Below are positions 52,401 through 64,000 of a DNA stretch of 64,000 bases, piece after piece; the first letter of the stretch is position 1, and each line of letters starts with the position of its first letter. The notes under the pieces were generated by a model. The model made no database searches. It was not told the origin of the DNA and saw only the letters and a program-made list of their open reading frames with translations. The translations under genes and the position numbers were made by a program. Source of the DNA: the human T2T-CHM13v2.0 reference genome, Homo sapiens. The stretch lies in assembly GCF_009914755.1 (NCBI RefSeq), contig NC_060945.1; one strand, 5' to 3'.

Positions 52401-55400
52401 GGTGTTTTGTGACCTATCCCTGCAATGGTCACCCAGGTGATGTACCACTTGTCAACGCTCTGCCTACAGGGGCATTGCGATATATCTCTGCACTGATCAC
52501 CTAGGTCAAGTAACTCTTGTATAAGCTCTGCCTACAGTGGCAATGTGACATATCTCTACACTGGTCACCCAGGTGATGTAACTCTTTTCTAGGATCTGCC
52601 TACAGGGTGCTTTGTGACATATCCCTGCAATGATCACCAAGGTGATGTACCACTTGTCAAGGCTCTGCCTACAGGGACATTGCGATGTATCTCTGCACTG
52701 ATCACCTACGTCATGTAACTCTTGTCTAGGCTCTGCCTAGAATGGCATTGTGACATATCTCTGCACTGATCATCCAAGTGATGTAACCATTGTCTAGTAT
52801 CTGCCTAAAGGGACTTTGTGACATAACTCTGCACTGATCATCCAGGTGATGGAGATTTTGTCTAGGCTCTGCCTAAGGGGGCATTGTGACATATTCCTGG
52901 ACTGATCACCCAGGTGACAGACTCTTGTCTTGGATCTGCCTATGGGGGCATTGCAACGTATCTCTGCACTGATCACCCAGGTGATGTAACTGTCGTATAA
53001 GCTCTGCCTACAGGGGAATTGTGAGAGATCTCGCCCCTGATCACCCAAGTGATGTAACTATTGTCTAGGCTTTGCCTGCAGGGAGCTTTGTGACATACCT
53101 TTTCACTGATCACCCAGGAGTTGTAACTCATCTAAGTTCTGCCTACAGGAGCTTTGTGACATATCTCGTGCTCTGATCACTTATGTGATGTAACACTTTT
53201 ATAAGCACTGCCTACAGTGGAATTTTGACAAATCTCTGCACTGATCACCTAGGTGATGTAAGCCTGGTGTACCCTCTGCCCAAAGGGGGCATTGTGAAAT
53301 ATCTCTGCACTGATCACCCAGGTGATGTAACTCTTTTGTACTCTCTGCCTACAGAGGGCGTTGTGACATCACTCTGCACGGAACACCAGGGTTATGTAAC
53401 TCGTGTCTAGGCTCTGCCTACGGGGGCATTGTGACTTATCTCCGCACTTATCACCCTGGAGATGTGAGTCTTGTCTAAGCTCTTCCTAGAGGGACATTGG
53501 GACATATCTCTGCACTGATCGCTGAGGTGATGTAAAAATTGTCTAGGCTTTGCCTAAAGTGGGATTTATGACATATCTCTGCACTGATCACCCTGGGGAG
53601 GAAACTCTGGTCTACCCTCTGCCTACAGGAGGCTTTATGACTTATACCTGCACTGATAACGTAGGTGATGTAACACTTGTCTAGGCTCTGCCTACACGGG
53701 AATTCTCACATATCTCTACACTGATCACCCAGGTGATGGAACTCTGGTCTAGGTTCTGCTTACATGGGGTATTGTGACATATGTCTGCACTGATCACCTA
53801 AGTGAGGTAACACTTGTGTAGGCTCTGCCTACAGGGGCATTTTGACATATCCCTGCACTGTTTAACTGAGGTGATGTAACTCTTCTCTAGCCTGTGCCCA
53901 CAGAGGGATTGAGACATATCTCTGCACTGATCCCGAGGCGATCTTACTCTTGCCTGGTCTCTGCCTACTGGGGACATTGTGACATATATCTGCACTGATC
54001 TCCGAGGTGCTGTAACTTTAGTCTAGGTTCCGGCTACACGGCATTGTGACATATCTCTGCATTGATCACCCAGGTGATGTAACGCTTCACTAGGCTCTGC
54101 CTATGGGGCATATTGACATATCACTGTATTGATCACTGAGGTGATGTAACTCTTGTCCAGGCTCTGCCTATAGGGGGCCTTGCGACATATCTCTGTACTG
54201 ATCACCTAGGTGATGTAACTCTTGCTTACACTCTGCCTGCAGGGGCATTGTAAAATATCTCTTCACTGATTACCCAGGTGATGGGACTCTTCTCTAGGCT
54301 CTGCCTACTTGGGGCATTGTCACATATTTCTGCCCTGATCACCCAGGAGACGGACTCTTGTCTTGATTTTGCCTATGGGGGCATTGTGACATATCTCTGC
54401 ACTGATCACCCAGGTGAAGTAACCCTGGTCTAAGCTCTGCCTAAAGGGGCATTGTGACATATCTCTGCACTGATCACTCAGGTGATGTAACTATTGTCTA
54501 GGCTCTGCTTAAAGGAGCCTTGTCACATATCTCTGCACTGATCACCCAGGTGATGTCACTCTTGCCTAGTCTCTGCTAACGGGGTATTGTGACATATCTC
54601 TGCACTGATCAGGTAAGTGATGTAAGACTTGTGTAGGCTCTGTCTACAGATGCATTTTGACATATCTCTGCAATGTTAACGGAGGTGATGTAACCCTTGT
54701 CTAGGCTGTGCCAACACGGGGATTGAGACATATCTCTGCACTGATCCCGAGGTGATCAAACTCTTGCCTGGTCTCTGCCTACTGGGGACACTGTGACATA
54801 TCTCTGCACTGATTTCCGAGTTGCTGTAACTTTAGTCTAGGCTCTGACTACACGGCATTGTGACATATCACTGCACTGATCACCGAGGTGATATTACTCT
54901 TGTCTAGGCTCTGCCTACAGGGGGCTTGTGACACATCTCGGCACTGATCACCCAGGTGATATAACTCTTCTCTAGGATCTGCTACAGGGTGCTTTGTGAC
55001 ATATCCCTGCACTGATCACCCAGGTGATGGGACTCTTGTCTAGGCTCTGCCAACAATGGCATTCTGACATATCTCTGCACTGATCACCCAGGTGACGTAA
55101 CTCTTTTCTAGGATCTGCTTACAGGGTGCTTTGTGACATATCCCTGCAATGATCATCCAGGTGATGTACCACTTGTCAAGGCTCTGCCTACAGGGACATT
55201 GCGTTTTATCTCTGCACTGATCACCTAGGTCATGTAACTCTTTTCTAGGCTCTGCCTACAGTGGCATTGTGACATATCTCTGCCCTGATCATCCAAGTGA
55301 TGTAACTATTGTCTAGGATCTGCCTAAAGGGACTTTGTGACATAAATCTGCACTGATCATCCAGGTGATGGGGCTTTTGTCTAGGCTCTCCTAAGGAAGC

Positions 55401-57233
55401 ATTGTGACATATTTCTGCACTGATCACCCAGGTGACGGACTCCTGTCTTGGATCTGCCTATGGGGGCATTGTGACATATCTCTGCACTGATCACACAGGT
55501 GATGTAACTGTTGTATAAGCTCTGCCTACAGAATTGTGAGAGATCTCCTCACTTATCGCTCAATTGATGTAACTCTTGTCTAGGGTTTGCCTAAAGGGGG
55601 CTTTGTGACATACCTTTTCACTGATCACCCAGGTGATGTAACTCATCTAAGTTCTGCCTACAGAAGCTTTCTGAGATATCGCTGCACTGATCACTTAGGT
55701 GATGTAACACTTTTATAAGCACTGCCTACAGAGAATTTTGACAAATCTCTGCACTGATAACCTAGGTGATGTAACTCTATTCTAGGATCTGCCTACAGGG
55801 TGCTTTGTGGCATATCCCTGCAATGATCACCCAGGTGATGTACCACTTCTCAAGGCTCTGCCTACAGGGACATTGCGAAGTATCTCTGCACTGATCTCCG
55901 AGGTCATGTAACTCTTGTCCACTCTCTGCCTATAGGGGGCATTGTGAAATATCTCTGCACTGATCACCCAGGTGTTGGGACTCTTCTCTATACTCTGCCT
56001 ATAGGGGGATTTGTGACATATCTCTGCACTCATCACCCACGTGATGGAAGACTTGTCTGGTCTCTGTCTATGGTGGCATTGTGTCAAATATCTGCACTGA
56101 TCACCCAGGTGATGTAACTCTTGTCTAGGCTCTGTCTACTGGGATTTGTGTGACATATCACTGCACTGATCACCTAGATGATGTAAGCCTTTTTTAGGTT
56201 TGCCTACAGAAGGCTTTGTGACATATCTATGCACAGATCTCTGAGGTGATGCTACTCTTGTCTAGGCACTGCCTACAGGGGACATTGGTACATATCTCTG
56301 CACTGATCACCCAGGTGATGGACACTTGTCTTAGATCTGCCTACATGGACATTGTGACACATCTCTGAACTGATCAACCAAGTGATGAAATTCTTGTCTA
56401 GGCTCTGCCTACAGGGCCTTTGTGACACATCTCTGCACTGATCACCCTGGGGAGGGAACTCTTGTCTACGCTCTGCCTACAGGAGGCTTTATAACTTTTA
56501 CCTGCACTGATAACCCAGGTGATGTATCACTTGTCTAGGCTCTGTCTACACGGGAATTCTCACATATCTCTGCACTGATCACCCGGGTGATGTAATTCCT
56601 TTCTAGGTTCAGCCTACAGGAGCGTTTTGACATATGTCTGCACTGATCACCCAGATGATGTAACCCTTGTCTAAGCTCTGCCTACAGGGGCATTGTGACG
56701 GATCTCTACACTGCTCACCCAGGTGATGTAACAATTGTCTGGGCTTTGCCTACAGGGGGCTTTGTGATATACATTTCCACTGATCAAACAGGTGATGTAA
56801 CCCTTGTCAAGGTTCTGCTTACAGGGGCTTTGTGACATATCTCTACACTGATCACCCCAGGGAGGAAACACTTGTCTACTCTATGTCTACAGGAGACTTT
56901 ACGACTTATCCCTGCACTGATCACTAGGTGATATAACACTTGTCTAGGATCTGTCTGCACGGGAATTTTCACATATAGCTACATTGATCACCTAAGTGAT
57001 GTAACCCTTGTTTACGTTCAGCCTACTGGGGATTTCTGACATACCTATGCACTGATCAACGAGTTGATGTATATCATTTCCAGGCTTTTTGTACAGGGGA
57101 CATTGTGATATATCTCTGCACTGATCACCCAAATGATGCAAATCTTCTCTAGGCTCCGCACGGAGGAGGCATTGTGACATATTTCTGTACTGATCATCCA
57201 GGAGATTTAACTATTCTCCAGGCTTTGACTAAA
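49421..57233. repeat. Divergent beta-satellite spacer 4 (longest, 7.8 kb)
   Basis: 68-bp monomers. Confidence 0.94.
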
Positions 57234-57937
57234 GAGCTTCGGAAGGTGTTGTGAGAGCCTCAGCTGGAATTTCACGGATGGACAAGGGCACAGAGAGGCC
57301 AGCGGACTCCCTTGCACGTCAGCCCGAGCACGCAATGAACGCAGGTCTAACCAGGAGTCTGGCAAAGACGGCTAGAGGTCTGCGTTCCGCCGCCAGCCTC
57401 TCCATGGTGGCAGCTGGGAGGCTGCAGGGGCACGGAAGGGCCAGCGACGGTGGTGCAGAGGCACAGAGGAGGCGAGCTGCTGGAGGGGTGTCAGGCCTGG
57501 ACGCTGCGTGGGCCCAGTGTTTTGCAGGATGTGGGTCTCCACCCAGCCCAGGGGAAGATTCATTTTCTTTGGGTGGGTGGTGGGGTTGGGAAGGGTGTGG
57601 TCAGGCGGGGGTGGGGTGGTGGATAGGCATGATAGCTCTGTCCAGTCTGCTCCCAAAGCTCAGGCGGCTGCCCGCAAACCCGCGCGTGCGCAGTGGGTGG
57701 CCCACCTGCTGGTACCTGGCCCGGATCTGGTATCCCCGGGATGCCCAGGAAAGAATGGCAGTTCTCTGCTGTGTGTAGTCCCTCACCGGGCCTGGACCAA
57801 GAAGGCAGGAATCCCAGGCCGGTCAGTCCAGTGAAGGGGGCGTGGGGAAGACACGCCCCTCCATAGCCAGCCAGGTGTTCCCCGCGATATAGAGGCCACC
57901 GCCCTGCCCCGACCCGACCCTGTCCCAACCCCGCGTC

Positions 57938-59394
<1,457 letters not shown>

Positions 59395-60004
59395 CCCTGG
59401 GACAGCCCTCCCCACCCCGGAATGGTCCCAGGGCATCGAGGTCTGTGGCCGGGGGGTGGTGTGATGGGGTGGGAGGGAGTGGTGATGGTGGTGGTGGGGC
59501 CGGAGAGACGAAGAGGAAGGGGGCAAGGGGGAAGGGGTGAGGGGGGCGCGTTTCACGGGCTGACTCTCCGGACCTCTCCAGGAATCCCTCGGGAAATGGA
59601 AGCCACTCTCTTGGCTCCCACGCGTCTTCAGCAGGGAGAAACCGGCCTGGGAGTGTGGAGGCGAGTGTGGAACTGAACCTCTGTGGGAGTCTTGAGTGTT
59701 CCAGGCCCTCTCTCCGTGAAGGAGGCAGTGCCTGTGGGTGTCGCCGTTGCTGGGACAGTCTGACACACGCAGGCATGTGGCTCTCATTCATTTCCACGTA
59801 GGAGAACAGAGCGAGAACCCAGAGAGAAGATGTCTCCCCGGCGTGATGGCCTGACGATGGATTCCCGTGTGCAGCAACATGGGGAGTCTGCAGTGTGGAC
59901 GGTTTGGAAACTGGCAAGGAGAGCGAAAGCACCACGCCGGTCTTCCACTATTCCCTGCATGTTTCCCGGTGCCGGCAGAGCTCTGGGAGCAAAGAGTCAT
60001 CCTG

Positions 60005-63000
60005 AAACATCTCTGAACGGATCAACAAAGTGAAGTAAGTCTTGTCTAGACTCTGCCTACAGGGGCTTTGTGATGTATCTCTGCACTGATCACCCAGGTG
60101 ATGGGACATTTGTCTAGGCTCTGCCTATGACAGCATTGTGACATATCTCTACACTGACCACCAAGGTGATGTGAATCTTTTGTTGGATCTGCCTCTGGGG
60201 GCATTGTGATATATTTCTGCACTGATCATCCAGGTGATGGGACTCTAGTCTAGGCTCTGTGTATGGGGCTTTGTGACATACCTTTGCACTGACCACCCAG
60301 GTGATGTAACTCATCTAAGTTCTGCCTACAGGAGCTTTGTGACATATCTCTGCACTGATCACTTAGGTGATGTAACACTTTTATAATCACTGCCTACAGG
60401 GAATTTTGACAAATCTCTGCACTGATCACCTAGGTGATGTAACTCTTGTCTGCCCTCTGCCCAAAGGGGCATTGTGAAATGTCTCTGAACTGATCACCCA
60501 GGTGATTCAACTCCTGTGTAGGATCTGCCTACAGCGGCGTTTTCACATATCCCTGAAATGATGACAAAGGTGATGTAACTCTTGCCTAGGCTTTCCCTAC
60601 AGGGCACATTGTGACATATCTCTGCACTGATCACCCAGGTGATATAACTCTTCTCTAGGATCTGACCACAGGGTGCTTTGTGATATATCACTTCACTGAT
60701 CACCCAGGTGATGCAGCTCTTCTCTATGCTCTGCCTCCAGGGGTCATTGTGATATACCTCTTCACTGATCACCCAGGTGATGTAACTCTTGTCTAGGTTC
60801 TGCTTACAAGGGGTATTGTGACATATCTCTGCACTGATCACCTAAGTGATGTAACACTTGTGTAAGCTATGCCTACAGGGGCATTTAGACATATCTCTGC
60901 ACTGTTAACCGAGGTGACGTAACTCTTGTCTAGGCTGTGCCCACAGGGTGATTAAGACATATCTCTGCACTGATCCCGAGGTGATTCAACTCTTGCTTGG
61001 TCTCTGCCTACTGGGGATATTGTGACATATCTCTGCACTGATCTCCCAGGTGCAGTAACTTTATTCTAGGCTCTGGCTACACTACATTGTGACATATCAC
61101 TGCACTGATCATCCAAGTGATATAACTCTTGTCTAGTCTCTGCATGCAGGGTTCTTGTGACATATCTCTGCACTGATCACCCAGGTGATGTAACTGTTGT
61201 ATAAGCCCTGCCTACAGGGGAATTGTGAGAGATCTCGCCACTGATCACCGAAGTGATGTAACTATTGTCTACGCTTTGCCTACAGGGGGCTTTGTGACAT
61301 ACCTTTGCACTGATCACCCAGGTGATGTAACTCATCTAAGTTCTGCCTACAGGAGCTTTCTGACATATCTCTGCACTGATCCCTTAGGTGATGTAACACT
61401 TTTATAAGCACTGCTACAGGGAATTTTGAAAAATCTCTGCACAGAACACCTAGGTGATGTAACTCTTGTCTGCCCTCTGCCCAAAGGGGGCATTGTGAAA
61501 TATCTCTGCACTGATCCACTAGGTGATGTAACTAGTGTCTATGCTCTGCCTACAGGGGCGTTTTCACATATCCCTGAACTGATGACAAAGGTGATGTAAC
61601 TCTTGCCTAGGCTTTGCCTACAGGGGAAATTGTGACATATCTCTGCACTGATAACCCAGGTGATGCAACTCTTGTCTAGGATCTGCCTACAGCAGAATTC
61701 TCACATATCCCTGAACTGTTGACAAAGGTGATGGAACTCTTGCCTAGGCTTTGCCTACAGGGGAAATTGTGACATATCTCTGCACTGATAACCCAGATGA
61801 TGCTACTCTTCTCTATGCTCTGCCTACAGGGGACATTGTGACATATCTCTGCACTGATAACCCAGGTGATGTAACTCTTGTCTAGGCTCTGATTACAGGG
61901 GGTATTGGGATATATCTCTGCACTGATCACCTAAGTGATGTAACACTTGTGTAGGCTCTCCCTACAGGGGCATTTTGACATATCTCTGCACTGTTAACCG
62001 AGGTGATGTAACTCTTCTCAAGGCTGTGCCCACAGTGGGATTGAGACATATCTCTGCACTGATCCCGAGGTGATCCAACTCTTGCCTGGTCTCTGCCTAC
62101 TGGGGACATTGTGACATATCTCTGCACTGATCTCCCAGGTGCAGTAACTTTAGTCTAGGCACTGGCTACACGGCATTGTGACATATCACTGCACTGATCA
62201 CCCAGGTGATATAACTCTTGTCTAAGGTCTGCCTGCAGGGTTCCTGTGACATATCTCTGCACTGATCATCCAGGTGATATAACTCTTCTTTAGGATCTGC
62301 CTACAGGGTGCTTTATGACATATCCCTGCAATGATCACCCAGGTGATATACCCCTTGTCAAGGCTCTGCCTACAGGGGCATTGCGATGTATCTCTGCACT
62401 GATCACCTAGGTCATGTAACTCTTGTCTAGGCTCTGCCTACAGTGGCATTGTGACATATCTCTGCACTGATCATCCAAGTGATGTAACTCTTGTCTAGGA
62501 TCTGCCTAAAGGGACTTTGTGACATAACTCTGCACTGATCATCCAAGTGATGGGGCTTTTGTCTAGGCTCTGCCTAAGGGGGCATTGTGACATATTTCTG
62601 AACTGATCACCCAGGTGACGGACTCTTGTCTTGGATCTGCCTATGGGGGCATTGTGACATATCTCTGCACTGATCACCCAGGTGATGCAAGTGTTGTATA
62701 AGCTGTGCCTACAGGGAAATTGTGAGAGATCTCTCCACTGATCATCCAAGTGATGTAACTATTGTCTAGGCTTTGCCTACATGGGGATTTGTGACATACC
62801 TTTGCACTGATCACACAGGTGATTCAACTCTTGTCTAGGATCTGTCTACAGGGGGTATTGTGAAAAAGCTCTACACTCATCATCTAGGTGATGTAACTGT
62901 TGTCCAGGCTCGGCCTACAGAGGCGTTTCCACATATCCCTTAACTGATGACAAAGGTGATGTAACCCTTGCCTAGACTTTGCCTACAAGGGACATTGTGA

Positions 63001-64000
63001 CATATCACTGCACTGATCACCCAGGTGATGCAACTCTTGTCTAGGATCTGCCTACAGGCGACATTGTGACATATCTCTACACTGATCACCGAGGTGATGC
63101 AACTCTTCTCTATGCTCTGCCTACAGGGGGCATTGTGACATATCTCTGCACTTATCACCAAGGTGATGTACCTCTTTTCTAGTCTCTGCCTACAGAGGGC
63201 CTTGTGACATCACACTGCACGGATCACCCGGGTGATGTAACTCTTGTCTAGGCTCTGCCTATGTGGGCATAGTGACTTACCTCTGCACTGATCACCCAGG
63301 AGATGTGACTCTAGTCTAAGCTTTGCCTAGAGGCACATTGGGACATATCTCTTCACTGATCGCTGAGGTGATGTAAAACTTGTCTAGGCTTTGCCTACTG
63401 TGGGAATTATGACATATCTCTGCACTGATCACCCAGGGAATGTAACTCTTGTCTAGGCTCTGCTTACACGGGGCATTGTGAGATATCTCTGCACTGATCA
63501 CTCAGGTGATGTAACTCTTGTCTAGGCTCTGCCTACAGTGGCATTTTAACATATCACCGCACTGATCACCGAGATGATGTAACTTTTGTATAGACTTCGC
63601 CAATAGGGGGCATTGAGATATATCTCTGCACTGATCATCGAGGTGATGCAACTTTTGTCTGGGATCTGCTTACAGGGGGCATTCTGACATTTCTCTGCCC
63701 TGATCACCCAGGTGATGTAATCTTTGTCTAGGCTCTACCTGCTGCAGACATTGTGACATATCTCCGCACTGATCACCCAGGTGATGTCACTTTTCTCAAG
63801 GATATGGCTACACGGACATTGTGACATGTCACTGCACTGATCACACAGCTGATGTAACACTTTTCTAGGCTCTGGCTACAGGGGGTTTGTGACACATCTC
63901 TGCACTGATCACCCAGGTGATGTAACCCTTGTCTAGGCTCTGCCAAAAGGGGGCATTGTGACATAACTCTGCACTGATCACCCCGGTGATGGGACTCTTG
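60005..64000. repeat. Divergent beta-satellite, continuing past the window end
   Basis: 68-bp monomers. Confidence 0.94.

Overview
Human heterochromatic satellite DNA with no intact canonical protein-coding gene. The window is a 68-bp beta-satellite (BSAT/Sau3A) array. Positions 1-~23.6 kb form a homogeneous higher-order repeat of 29 monomers (~1974 bp, ~12 copies, with 28-mer and 32-mer variants). Positions ~23.6-64 kb are divergent beta-satellite interrupted by five co-oriented, minus-strand, ~2.75-kb D4Z4-like cassettes. Each cassette has the layout of the distal 4qA end: promoter/DBE, DUX4-like double-homeobox ORF, exon 2, and a pLAM-like exon 3 fused to beta-satellite. All five DUX4-like ORFs are disrupted, each differently. 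Copy 3 is closest to intact: it has TATAA, an ATG and no frameshift, and one internal stop (Q74*) separates it from a 411-codon frame. None of the five has the 4qA ATTAAA poly(A) signal (all read GTCACA), but copy 1 has an adjacent CATAAA variant. A full-length AluYa5 with a 14-bp TSD lies at 30.8-31.1 kb and points to human origin. Such BSAT/DUX4L mosaics are known from acrocentric short arms and some pericentromeres; the exact locus cannot be assigned from sequence alone. I see no wholly new system. The best leads are the split and near-intact DUX4-like products and the array's structural history. Comparisons with 4qA DUX4 and AluYa5 rely on recalled consensus sequences and need confirming by alignment.
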